This document shows positions 1 through 12,605 of a stretch of 64,000 bases of DNA, one piece after another; the first letter of the stretch is position 1; each line of letters starts with the position of its first letter. The DNA lies in assembly GCA_017654855.1 (NCBI GenBank), contig CM030336.1, positions 3,720,001 through 3,784,000 on the forward strand. Reading direction: 5' to 3'. Both the position numbers and the translations under genes were made by a program. The notes beneath the pieces were generated by a model. The model was not told where the DNA came from, searched no databases, and was given only the letters and a program-made list of their open reading frames with translations. Source of the DNA: Podospora anserina. Its lineage: Eukaryota.

Positions 1-1258
1 AAGCAAAAAAAGGGTAATGGCATATGCCGCTAGATCCTACAAAAAAAAGCAAAGAGAGAGAAAGAGGAAGAGAGAGAGAGAGACAAGGATAGAACACAAG
101 GAGGTTACCCATTCTTCCATGTGATACACACATATCTTCTCAAAAACATCATCACATCACTCCGCAGCGGAGAGAAAAAGAAGAAGAAACAAGACACTTC
201 CACTGCACTTTAGTCATAAGACAAACATCTTCCCTCAGTCCCGAGGTGAGGCAGCAGCAGCAGGCAGTCAAAGACAAGCGTAAAAACAAGAAAGCCAAAA
301 AGTTCTTGCCCCAATACCCGGTTGGTCTCATATTCATGACTTCGATTAATAATTCTGCTACTTCCCCCCTCTCCTACCAAAAGCTCTCCCGTTGGGTCCC
401 GGCGGCAAGCAGCCGCGCGTGTGTCACCCTCGCTACCCCCGCTCCCACATCCAATTGCCGTTCCGGAAACCAGAGCAGGAGACGGCCCACAAGTCGTTCG
501 TCTTGTGCCCCCACCGCAGGGGAGAACACCACCATACCGGGCAGTTTCGTCGTGCTGACGGTCATAGAAAAATGGTGGGTTGTACCGCAGCAGCTAACCA
601 TTTGGCAGGCAGACACCCACTTCTTCCCCTCCCGGAGCGACGGAGACGGGTAAGATCTGCTACCCGCGAGTGCTTCACAAAACCACTTTACACAAGGCCG
701 GCCCCAGCTGTTCGAGCGGTAGGCTACAGATTCTTTGCACATTGGCCGCGTTTCGAAAGCATGCCATGCAGGGCGTTGTTGGCATGGCGTGGCGTGGCTT
801 ACTCCAACGTGCCTTTCGTGCGTTGCAGCTTGCTTGCGTGCGTGCGTGCGTGCGTCTGCGTGGTGGCTTTGAAGTGCGGAGTAAATGGGCAGGCCATGTT
901 TCGTTTCCGGAACATGGAAGCTCTGGCGGGTTGCATATTCAAGATAGGACAGGACCGGGAAGTTTTCTCGAGATAGATCGAGGACGAATTGTTGGCTGGG
1001 GACTGCTGGGAAGGAGATGGCGAGAGACAACAGAGACAGACACAGCATATCTGAACCACACTATCCGCCGTCGCCGATTTGGTCATAATCCGACGAGAGT
1101 GTGCCTTCGGAGTTGTCTTAGACAACATTCTCCGAACCGACACGAAAGGATGGAGCAAGTGCAGCCGGTCCGGGTGGTTGAAGGCTGTGTCATGGATGCG
1201 GCCTATGTGGTCGAGGTGGGCCAAGATGACAAACTTACTCTCTGCCGCACGGCATGCT

Positions 1259-1872
1259 TCATAGACCTTGGGGAGGGAAGCTTGACGGTTTAGTCGTGCC
1301 ATCGGCGGAGATTTTGACCCAGGTCACGTTTGTGAGGAAGGCCCAGTTGGACCCGTCCCAGCGCTCAAGCATCTCGAGGTTCTTCTCCGAAGAGAGATCG
1401 GGCAGGTCTGTGGAACAGGTCAGCTCGGCTCATTTGAGTCAAAAAGTCAGGCGGTCATGGTAATAAGGTTCGGCTTACAGAAACCATTCTTGTGCTCCGT
1501 CTCAAGAGCCTCAATGGCCATCTTCAGCAGATCCTCTCTTGTGCTGGGTGGGCGTCCGGCACGGCGTGTCTTTTTGATCTCCTCATATTCCTCGTTGTGT
1601 TGCCCAACAAACTCTAGGATCTTGGCTTGGACGGCAGCTTCATCAAGAGGCTTCAGCTCATTCTCGCGTGCGGCCTCCAAGAAGAAGCGAGTACGGCGAA
1701 TCAGAGGCTTGTCTTGCTTCTTGCGGGCAGCAGCAAGAGCCTTCAGACGGTCATCACGAATGACGGCTGTGTGAAGTCGCTTGGCGTTTCTGCTGTTGGC
1801 GTGAAGAGCCTCAATCTTGCCGCCCTTCTTCTTCGCGATGCGTTTTCTCTCCTTTTCAAATGTCTTGGCCAT
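1259..1872 (-). CDS. TMA16: Translation machinery-associated protein 16 (pre-60S factor); exons 1872-1479 and 1407-1259
   Basis: ORF MAKTFEKERKRIAKKKG...HANSRNAKRL...RRAGRPPSTRE; GTAAGC...CTGAC...ACAG intron 1478-1408 joins in frame to FYLPDL...LERWDGSNWAFL, a Tma16-like C-terminus; 180 aa. Confidence 0.88.
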
Positions 1873-2802
1873 TTTGAATGATTGCTGTGTGAGGCGTTGC
1901 TGTGTGAGGCGTTGCTGTGCGATTGTGTTTACTGCTGTCGTTGAGAGGTGGAAGTGTCAGGGAATTTTTTGATGGGGCGGAATAGATATTGGTGGGGCTG
2001 TCCGCGATAAGGTTTAAGTGGCTGCAGGACCCCTAACCCTGGTCGTGGATGCTGGAGGGTCGCATTGCTCCTTGATGTGGGAAGAGGGGGCGCAAAGTCA
2101 AAAAAGCTATCCGTATTGAGAGCAACATCACAGAGTAAACATTGGATTGTTGCTCCTCAGACGAGAGCACACAATGGACCACCCCAACTATTGTCTGCCA
2201 GTGAATAATATTCTCCTGCGATGCCCGTGAATAGCCAATGCCAGTGACGCAATTGGACAGACCCCCAGGCTTCCAGAAGGCCCTACAGACCCCGCATTAA
2301 GGTGACAGGCGTGTGGACCGTCGCGGGGAGCAACGTCCCTGCTCAACCGACGCGTCGCGCCTTCCCCCGTTAATAGTTTAATTTGCAGCGCCAGCGAGGT
2401 CCTGGGAAGGAGCATCCCATTGATCAGCCAGTACCAGAGCATTGTTGGAAAGCCAGCGACTGTTGTTTGGCTTCTCCAAAGGCTCCGTTTTCTATTCAGC
2501 ATCGCCTTTTGGTATTGTTCAACTTCAGCAATAGGGCTACAGCACGCGTCACCGCCCTCGGCAACCCACGGGTTTTTCTGCTTTTTCTGCTGCACCTGCT
2601 GCAACTGAACGAGGAAGCGCGTCTTTCTTGATCTCGACTCTTTTTATCACCACCAACAGTCTCGACTCGAGATCAACCCTTCAACAGCAATTCTTCATGG
2701 ACAAGAGATTGTAAAACAACCCACCTGTTTCCTTCACATCACGGAAACAATCTCGACATCTTCGGCCACTGTTCTCAAACCGCCTCGGCCGATCTCTCCA
2801 CC

Positions 2803-5018
2803 ATGGGTATCCAAGGCCTTTTCCCGCTCCTCAAGTCCATCCACCGCACCACCGAGCTCAAGAAGTATGCCGGCGAGACCTTTGGTGTCGATGGCTACGG
2901 CTGGCTCCATCGCGGTGCCATTGCCTGTGCCATTGAACTAGCCCAGGGCAAGCCCACTCGCAAGTAAGTCGTTCATTTTTCCGTTCACTGCCTGCCAGGA
3001 TCGCTAACATTGTCATGAGATATGTCGACTTCGCCATGCACCGAGTCAGGATGTTCAAGTATTATGGTGTCACTCCCTATTTGGTCTTTGACGGCGACTT
3101 TCTTCCCAGCAAGGCCAAGACTGAGTCTTCGCGTGAGCAGCGTCGTGAGCAGAGTCTGAAGACTGGCCTCGAGCTCTTGAAAGCCGGCAAACCCTCGAAA
3201 GCCCACCTCGAGCTTCAAAAGGCCATCGACGTCACCCCGGAAATGGCTCGTCATCTCATCGAAGAACTCAAGAAAGCCGGTGTCCCGTACCTTGTCGCCC
3301 CCTACGAAGCTGATGCCCAGCTCGTCTACCTGGAGCGTGAGGGTGTCATCAGCGGCATTGTCTCTGAGGATTCGGATATGCTGGTGTTTGGTGCGCAGCG
3401 CCTGTTGACCAAGATGGATCAGCACGGTCAGTGTGTTGAGATTCGGAGAAAAGACTTTTGTTTGGTCCGCGAGATCTCCTTGACCGGTTGGACGGATGCC
3501 GAGTTCCGGCACATGGCCATTCTCAGCGGCTGTGACTATCTGGGCGCTGTTAACAACATCGGCCTGAAGACAGCTTACCGACTGATCCGCAAGCACAAGA
3601 CACCTGAGCGCATCATTCAGATGCTCAAGTTCGAGGGCAAGCACAGGGTTCCCGAGAACTACTTGGAAGAGTTCAAGCAGGCCGAACTCACCTTTTTGCA
3701 TCAGAGAGTCTTTTGCCCCAAGAAGAAGGACATCGTGTTCTTCACCGAGCCCGGACCCGCTCTCAAGGTCGATGAGATGCCCTTCATCGGTGCTCCGGTC
3801 GAGACTGAATTGGCCCGGGCCATTGCCGCCGGAGACGTCAATCCCATCACCAAGAAGCGGATCGTCCTCCCGTCGTCCTCTCGCACCTCGCCGCCGTCCC
3901 CTGGTAAGAGAAGGATCAGTCAGACCATGGCTCCGGTCACTGTGCCGACGAGAAATCCTGGCAAGCCGCCCGGCAAACCAATCAACGAGTACTTTGCGAA
4001 GCACAAGCGGATTCCCTTGGGCGAGATGGACGCCAATTGTTTCACCAACAACAGCCAGAACAATTCGCCCAGCAACTCCCCTCGTCCGATCGTCTTTCCT
4101 CTTCCGCGCCCATACATTGCGGGCGTGGAGGAGGCGACCCGCCCATCTCGCCGGTATGTCAATCTCGAGGCTGCCCTGGGCGGAGAACGCCGTCGGAGAA
4201 GCGAGCCTGTCTCGAACCTCCTGGCGACGTACGAGACCTCATCGAACCGCCGCAGGACCACTGGCCCGGTTGTCGACATCTTTCAGGACGGCACCCCGTC
4301 GACATCGACTACGAGGCCCCCCAAGAAAGCGCGCTTGTGTGATGACGACCTTCCCACTTTGACAGACAACAACACCCCTGTGAAGAGCAAGTTTTTCACA
4401 TCTACCGAGGGAGCCGACTATATTCGGTCGGACGATTCGGTCGAGGAGGCTTTCCGCAGCATCTGCAACCAAGAGATTGTGACCGGCACCCGCATCGTTC
4501 ACGGCTTGCCTTCGCCCGCGCCCAGCATGCTTTCCGCATCCATGGACACGCCTTCTAGCATCGTGGGTACGCCTTCCACTGTCATGAGCACACCCTCTAG
4601 TTCCATGAGCAAGCCCTCGGGTCTCATGAACCGGTCTTGCAACATGATGAACACACCTTCCAGCTCGAAGAGCAGCACATCCAGCAGCTCTCAGACCCCT
4701 ATTTTGACGCCTCTCCAGCGTTTGGGTTTCCAGGCTTTGCAACGCGGGAAGCCCCGGGTCGTCTCTTCTTCGGTCCTCCAACCCACCAGGCTCTCGACGT
4801 ATTCCAAGAGATCGAGCTCGCTTTCGGTCAACCCCGCCTCGATTCCTCTGCCTCGTGCTGATTTGGCCGAGATTGAGGCCCTGAGCCAGCCTGTTGGCAG
4901 CGAAGATTTGATTTTGCCCTCTAGTGATGGGGAGCTCGAGCAGGATGAGGAGGAGGGTACCAAGTATTCCAATGTTTCCAACAGCGGTTTGGATTTGTCG
5001 CGGTTCAAGTACACCTGA
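2803..5018 (+). CDS. EXO1: Exonuclease 1 (XPG/Rad2 family); exons 2803-2963 and 3020-5018
   Basis: MGIQGLFPLLK...VDGYGWLHRG N-domain; intron GTAAGT..GCTAAC..GAG at 2964-3019; YLVFDG, APYEADAQL, SEDSD and LSGCDYL..IGLKTA motifs; S/T-rich disordered tail. Confidence 0.95.
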
Positions 5019-5695
5019 ACTGTACGAGTTATGAAGCTATCTGTGCACAGCGCTGGCGTTTGGGGGTTTGACTCTCCCAGTTTTTATTTTGAAGGGGGTG
5101 GGTTTTGGGTCGGGACAAGAAAGTAAGGCTAGGGTTGTCATGACATCGGAACGAAACATGGCCAGGCGTCAAAGGGCACGAAGTAAAGTATTTTTTAAAC
5201 AAGGTTAAAGACTATGGGTAAAAGGGCGTTTGTAGTCAGCATCAGCATACACATGTATGGCGTTCATATAGTTTTAGTTTTTGTTTTTTTCATGCGGTTT
5301 GGTCTTAGAGAGGCAGCAGGGGAGTGTGGTCAAAGTGTAAGAGATAGGTGAATATCAAAGAAAACATCCAAAAATTATTCTTCAGTCCCATTGTGACTTG
5401 TGAGATGGAAGAGTTGAGGCGTGAGATGAGGCTCTCACCCAATGCCAAGACGCCAATATTCACCGCCCGGCAGAACATCTACACGAAATGTGGGGGAAGG
5501 GACGGGAGCTCCACATTGACCCAAAAAAATCAACGGCGATAAAAATCTCCCCAGACTGCCCACTTCACCCATTTTTCCCACGAGCCGCCTTGCAACAACG
5601 ACTGCCCCCAGACAATTCATCTGCTGGGATTTCCTGACCCGACTCTCCCCGCGCTATCGCCACTGTCACTGTCAGTAAATCAACAGCGCAAAAAG

Positions 5696-7422
5696 ATGGC
5701 GGACGAAGAATTGCAGGTACGCAAATCACCTACCACGGACCAGTTGGGGCCAAGCCCGCGAATCTATCTCTAACCCCCATCTCTTTCTCTCTCTAGGAGC
5801 GTCTCCGCGGCAACTCCCAGGCCTTCAACAGCTTGTTGTCGCTCATCCCCGGAACACTGTACTATGGGGAGGATACCAGTGTACGTGGCCTCCCTTTCTT
5901 GTTTTGATCTATTTCCTGCCCTGAGCCGAGCTGACCTGCGTCTTCTCCCGCGCAACAGGATCAGTGGAAGAAGAAGAAGCAGACCAAGGAGGAAGCCCGG
6001 GCCGCCAAGCGCAACAAGTTGGACCCCGACAGTGAACGTCACCGGAACGCCAAGGATCTCATGGAGGAGAAGGCGCGCAACAAGCGCAAGCTGAAGGAGC
6101 TCGAGGATGAGGACGATAGCCACAACTCCAACGACGAGGACGACGACTTTGAGATTGAGGGTATCGAGAAAGAGAAGCCGCTCGAGGGGTTGAAGAGAAA
6201 GGATACACCCGCCGCCAAGGAGGAAGAGGAGGAGTCGCCTGTCAAGAAGCAAAAGGTCGTCGCCGAGGAGCCAGCCGTCGGGCAAACCCCTAGCAAAGAT
6301 GCGGCCACGAAGGAATCCAAGAAGTCTGCGAAGAAGCAAAAGAAGGAGGAGGCCAAGAGGTTAAAGATGGAAGCGGCTGCGCCAAGCAAGGCTGCTACCA
6401 AGAGGGATGAGGAGCCCGCTGTTCGGGAATCTACCGAAGCCCCCGACAGCGATGGCGAGGATGACGAAATGGTTCCTATTGATGTTTCTGGTCTGGTCAC
6501 AAAGGAGGACGACAACACGTCAGAAACCACGAGAGATACCCCGGCGTCCGACGCCGCCAGAACCGACTCTTTAGCCGCTAGCAGCACGACTTCCATCTCC
6601 TCGGCCGTTCCACCGTCCGAAAGGCCAAAGGGTCTCAAAACTCCAGCTAACCCGGAAAACATTGCGAAACTTAAGGAGAAGCTCAACGCCAAGCTCCTCA
6701 GCCTGAAGATCGCGCGCAAGGCGGCCGACACGGAAGGAAATGCGATCAAGAACAAGGAAGACCTCCTCGAAGCGCGGAGAAAACTCGCGCTCAAGCGTAA
6801 GGAGCGCAAGAACGAGATGCGCAAGCAGGCCAAGATTGAGGAGGAAAAGAAGAGGGAAGCTGCCCTCGCCACAGCCCGGGACTCGCCCGCGTTGTCCTCG
6901 TTCCTCCAAGAAGACGACAATGTCGAGACAAACTTTGCCTTTGGCCGCCTTCGCTTCTCGGACGGCACTCAGCTCTCTCACGACGCCGCCTACGAAAAGA
7001 CACCCGGCTCCGCCAAGAAGAAGGGCCCCTCGGACCCGAAGACTGCGCTTTTGAAGCTGGAGAACCAGAAGAAGAGGATCGCCAACTTGCCGGAGGAGAA
7101 GCAGAAGCAGGTGATTGAGCAGGAGGCTTGGCTGGCGGCGAGGAAGAGGGCGGAGGGGGAGAAGGTGATTGACAATGAGGCGCTGCTCAAGAAGGCGATC
7201 AAGCGGAAGGAGAAGGGAAAGAAGAAGAGCGAGAAGGAGTGGAAGGAGAGGAAGGAGGGGGTGCAGAAGAGCATTTATGACAGGCAGAAGAAGAGGGAGG
7301 AGAATTTGCAGAAGAGGAAGGATGAGAAGATGGCGAATAGGAGGGGAAAGGGGAAGGGGAAGAAGGGGAAGGGGGTGCAGACTAAGAAGAAGGGGGGGAG
7401 GCCGGGGTTTGAGGGGAAGTAG
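5696..7422 (+). CDS. RRP14: Ribosomal RNA-processing protein 14 / SURF6 family; exons 5696-5716, 5797-5880, 5959-7422
   Basis: Spliced N-terminus MADEELQ|ERLRGNSQAFNSLLSLIPGTLYY..|DQWKKKKQTKEE..AKRNKLDP; K-rich SURF6 C-terminus (RAEGEKV.D...LLKKA..KKSEKEWKER...RPGFEG). Confidence 0.92.
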
Positions 7423-8556
7423 GAGGGGTTCTGCAGGGCTGGGCGATGTTGGGGTGCAGTAGCAGGGATCAAAACAAGCGGGTTTGTGTGTTTTTTCTTG
7501 GGGGGAAATTCGGCTGTTTTTGTTTTTGGTTTGGGCGTCTGGGGGTTGCTTATGTATATATGCTCTTTTTGGTTCTTCTCTGTCCTGTTCCGCTGTTTGG
7601 GCTTTTTTACTTGCATTGTTTGAGTGGCATCAAACATGGGTATAGGTGAAGGGGAAGGAGGTGAAAAGTGGAAAGGGGAGCGAGAAAAACACACTTGTCC
7701 GGTCGGCTGGCGTTGTTGATATATATCCTCGGAAACAGGCGTGTAGGCAGGCAAAAAGGAAAAGAATGATATAACTCTCCTTTGGAATTCCCCAGTCATT
7801 GTCCAGGTCAAGTCTTTTTTTAAAAAAAAAAATTAAAACAAACGTTAATTATAAAGAAACTAAACAGACAGACAGACCATACATATCATGACAACCTTTG
7901 GAACAAAACAAACAAACATGAAAAACTCCAATTTTTGCTCCCTACCAAAGCCAACTACAACCTACCAACCTACCTTACCTACCTACCAGCCTCCACCCAG
8001 CCAGACCAGTTTCATCTCCCGTCTTGTTTTTCCAGCGCATTGCAAACAACAAGCCAGAAAAAAAAACAGCAGCATTGAATAGCATAAAAAAACATACAAA
8101 AACCTAAACTTTAGAGTAAAGAAGAAAAAAAATAAAAAGGTGGTATAGCCCACGGCAGCAGTCCAAACCAAACAAACAGAATTCTAAAATAAATAAAATA
8201 AAAAAGCGCTTTCCTGCCTGCCTGCCCCTTTTCTGCTTGTTGTCCGTCTGTCTGCCACCTACCGTCCCACCACCCCTTACATTACGTATCGTTTGACATG
8301 GTAATTTGTCCCCCTCCACCCCCCCCCTTCCCCAGCTGAACATCTCCATCCCCCATTCAGACCCAATGTTTTTGTAGCCTGTCCCCCCTTGCTTCCCTGC
8401 CCGTTTCCAGATTCCAGATTTCTACCCAGCCCCAGCGGTCCAGCTTTGGTAACCGTCATCGTCGACCGCATCGCTGCGTGTTGAAATTCCACATGTCGAA
8501 TGCTGGAGGCTGTTGTCGTTGTTCCCACAGCCCAAGCCTCCCACCAAACCAACAAA

Positions 8557-9822
8557 CTAAAGCAGCGAATCCAACCTCGTAAAAACGCACAAACAAGCCG
8601 CCACAACCTCGAGCTGCAGCTCCTTGTCCTTTGCCTTGTTTACTTCCTATTGTAACCCCTGTCAGCATATCATCCCCCCAATCTCCCCCCTCACCCCAGT
8701 GTACTCACCTCCGTAATAACCCCCGGCAGATTCTCCCCAATATCATTCCTCACCGCCCCCCTCCCAAACGGCCACTGGCTGTACTCGGCCAGCAGCTCAT
8801 CCGTCTGGTTAAACGCCTTCTCCCTCGCCTCGTGCCCCAGCGTGCTCAGCGCGTTCTCCAGCACGTTCGCCGCGTACGCCGCGCACACCATCGCCACCGT
8901 CCTCAGGTACCTAAACTCCAGCCCCTCCGGCAGCCACTGCGAATTGTTCAGCACCACCGTCCGCTGCGTCAACACGTTGCGCACCCGCCTGCGAATCTCT
9001 TCCTTGGCGCCCCCGTCCACGACGGGGTGGGTCGCCATGTCAAACAGCAAAAAGTTGCGCTTTTCGGTGCGGAGGATGCCCTTGTCCACGAGGCCCTTGG
9101 CGAGCCGCTCGCGGACTTGTTTGAGTTGATAGCCGATTTTCATTAGGTTCCATGTTTCGCCTTTTTGTGGCGGTTGTTGTTAGTATTTGTGACAAAAAGG
9201 GAGAAAGAAAGAAAGAAGGATGTAAAATTTACCAGACATGAGATCAATCCAACTGCTCACACTCATCTTTTCACTGCTCTTCATCATCTTGAGCGCCTCG
9301 TCCAGCAGCACCTCCCCCGTCAACGTGTCATCCACCACCTCAATCACCCTGTCCGGCAGCGGGAGGTTCCTCCTCGAAGGGTTCTTTTGCATCGAGATCC
9401 TCCCGCGAAAGGCAAGCTCGAGGACGATGCAGCCGCGGAGGGCGTACGAGATGTTGTCGTTCCAGAAGGAGAGGTAACCCTACCACACCCGACGACAAAT
9501 CAGTCAACCACCCACCACCACTGCTTTGTTATTGGGGGGAAGGGGGAAAACATACCTGCTTATCCTTCAACCCAAGCAACAACACCTCCTCCATCAGCGT
9601 CAACTTGGGCTGCTTCGACCTCTCGGCGCTCTCCGAGATGTCGCGGGGATCAAACGCAATCCGGTGACCGTTCTCCCCCGACTCGTAGGAAGTTTCTGGG
9701 CCGCCGCCACCGCCCGACGAGTTGCGGCCGCTGTCTTCTGTCGGGGTGGATGCGCCGCCCGTGGCACCGGCTCCGGCGGGGGGGCCGCCTCTCCGGCGCG
9801 TTAGGCCTGATGTGGTTGACAT
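8557..9822 (-). CDS. VPS74: Golgi phosphoprotein 3 / Vps74 (GPP34 domain); exons 9822-9556, 9479-9233, 9160-8709, 8646-8557
   Basis: PKLTLMEEVLLLGLKDKQ|GYLSFWNDNISYALRG...WIDLMS|GETWNLMKIGYQLKQVRERLAKGLVDKGILRTEKRNFLLFDMATHP; three canonical introns keep the frame. Confidence 0.95.
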
Positions 9823-10985
9823 TTTTTTTGGGGGGTTTCGGTTTTGTCCGTCTATGCTATGTAGTATTTGTAGAATGTTATGTGGATCGGTGGTTCGTCG
9901 GCCGTGAGAGACTGTTGTTGATCTTCTTCTGTGGAAGAAAAAGAAATTCGACCGCTTTGCTTTCGTTGCTCCGGAGGCGGTGGGTGGGTAGTGTAGTGTA
10001 GTGTAGTGTAAATGGGGAGGAGGGGAGGCCTAGATTGGCCCGAGAGTGAAATTCGCGATTTGGTTTACTCGGTTGCTGATTGGGTCTTCGTAGAAAGCTT
10101 CCTAGCTATCAGAATTACCGCCCCGTTTTGAGACTGGAAGAGAAGGGAGACCAATGTATCAATGTCGTCGTTGTCGTCGTCGGTGCGGTGGTGGTCGAGC
10201 CGATCAATGGAACAAGCGGGCGGTCGTTTCCGCGCGTCTCTCTCTCTCTCTCTCGGTCGGGAAGCTCTGGGACGAGAGAAAGCGGAACGGCTCCTGGTTT
10301 GGCTTTCTTGGAATTGCGCAGCGGGCTTGCTTGGCAGGGTTGCGCCAGGCTTGGGGGGGGGGGGAAGGGTCCAATTCGTCTTCTTGGAGAATCAAAATAT
10401 CTTTGGACCGAGTCGATCTTTTTGTGATTAAGAAACTCGAGCAATACGAATATCCCTTGTGTCTCGAGGGCAATCTTGTCAGATGGCTCCCAGATTTGTG
10501 CTCTCCTCCCTTTTTGCTGCAGCTGCCTTTTCCCCTCAGGCTCAGCAACTGGCAAAAGGGGCTTAGGACGCCTGGCCGATAACGATAACAGGTGGCCTGT
10601 CAGCCTCACGAGCTCCAGTGCGCTCCGTGCGCTGCTGCACTGCATGGTCTTTGTGACCTGGGCTGTGCCGCAAGTTGATGCCTGGCGCCAAGGTGTAACT
10701 AATGTTAGGGTTCGGGTTTGGCGCGACGAATACGAAGAAAAAAGTATAATTCCAAAGTGCTCTACTGTAGATGTTCCCAATGCGCCTCCAAAGTTGTATG
10801 CATGTATATGGCCCCTTATATCATCCCCCGTCTGTCCTCTGTCTTCTCCATCCCCCATCCCCCATCATGCCCACTGTAGAAACGCCCTGGCCCCGTCCGC
10901 CAGTCCCAAAAAATCAGCTATGCAAGTGAACGAGTGTTGCTCCCTGTGTGGTTACGCTATCATGTATCATTCCATTCCTGCCCCA

Positions 10986-12605
10986 TCATTCAAGAATGCC
11001 ATCCATGTCCCAGTTGCCAGCTTGGGCCCGCCTCAGCACCTCTCTGCCCTTTTCTGTGAGCGAAGGCTTACCGGCCTTATCAGTAGCCTGCTCAAAGAAT
11101 ACCGGCGTCCAGGTCTCTCCCTTCTTCTCTCGCTCCCGAGCCTTCTCACGTTGGGCCTCCTCAAGCTCCTGTTTGACTGTTGTAGCCTTGCCAAATTGCT
11201 TGGCATGAATCGCCTTGGTGACTTCACTCCAAAGCTGAAGAGACTCGTTGGGGAGCTGCTTCTCAACAGGCGGGAGGACCTTTGGCGCCACACTCAATGG
11301 AGCAACATCAATGATGGTAATCTGCTGCTCTGGAGGGTGGGATTCCTAGTTGCGTGTTAGTCTCCCAAAAACCCAGTTTGAGCCATGTATGCAAATACTC
11401 ACCAGAGGCTTGTTTCCAACAGTAAAGACAATCTTTTCTTTCCACGCGCCTCCAAGACGAATGAGGATATCCTCTACCGGTACGTCCTTGATTTGAGTCT
11501 TGTTGTCGTTTTCAGGATCATAGCGGAAGATGATGCCCTCCATTTTGTTGGTTGTCCGGCCAAGCCAGCCGTCATTATAGTATCGGAGGATGGCCTTGAG
11601 CTTGGTCTCAGGGCATGTGATGTAGCACATATCACCAACACTCACGCTCAAAGCGCCCGTCAGAATACCGCCCAGATGAGCGGCCGGGTGGGTGAGCTGG
11701 TATGTCTCATGATCTCGGCGGTCCACCGTGATGAAGATACCCAGATTGTGCTCGCCGGGCATAACCTTGATGGAGGTACCGGTGAACTTGGCTGTAATCT
11801 GGTCGAAGCCCTTGGCATGAAGGCCCTTTTCGGGGCAATCAATGTAGAAAGCGCTGACGGGAGGGTGATGAGAGGTCTGCTCTGTCAGGTAGGAAATCCT
11901 CACTGGCTTTGTAGGGTTGGCTGCCGACTGAGTGACTGATACGGTGGAGGCTGCCCGAGGGTCGCTGGAGCCAAGCCCTGCCGGGATGGCAGACTTGGCA
12001 GACTTCATACTAGAAGAGCTACTCCCTGGTGGACTCTTTCTGAGTGCCGAAGTGTCGATTCTCGGAGCATCATCCTCAGTTTCCCAGTTACACTGCTACC
12101 TATCAGCAAAAGTCCACGATCTCTCCCAACATCAAAGTCAACCTACCCGAAAGAACTCGCCCAAGCAAGAGTTGTAGGGCTTGCACGGCTTCCCCTTGGC
12201 ATATTTCAAATCCTTGGTGAACCAGAATCGTAACACCTCGAGCATGCGATCTACAGGCTCATCGGCGGTTCCAATCGCGGCGAAAGCACTCGGGGAATCG
12301 AGGTAGTTCCAGTATTCAAGGTTTGGTGTAGGCTCGAGAAGCTGGGAGGGCAGCGAGAATCGAACGGCAGCGAGATCAGACACGCCGATAAACCTGTTGA
12401 AGGTGTGTGTGGTGTGAGCCAAATGTCACCGCCGGTCTTGGGACTCTCCAAGTTCCATATCGACACAGCCCATGTTTCATACTCACTTCTTCAAAATGCC
12501 AATAAAGGTCTTGAGCTTCGATCCGTCGCTCACATGGTCCTCACCGGCGTTGGCATCGGTAGGTGTCGCCGCCGAAGACGGAGCGGACGAGAACCAGCCA
12601 GACAT
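10986..12605 (-). CDS. Oxysterol-binding protein (short ORP/Osh family); exons 12605-12487, 12393-12147, 12092-11403, 11345-10986
   Basis: OSBP signature EQTSHHPPVSAF plus KPYNSCLGEFFR|CNWE and KQELEEAQR..W.P.FF motifs; three canonical introns. Confidence 0.92.

Noticed and set aside
10115-11360. 247- and 294-aa ORFs between and over VPS74 and OSBP
   Set aside because: Span promoter/3'UTR simple repeats or lie antisense to OSBP; no coding signature
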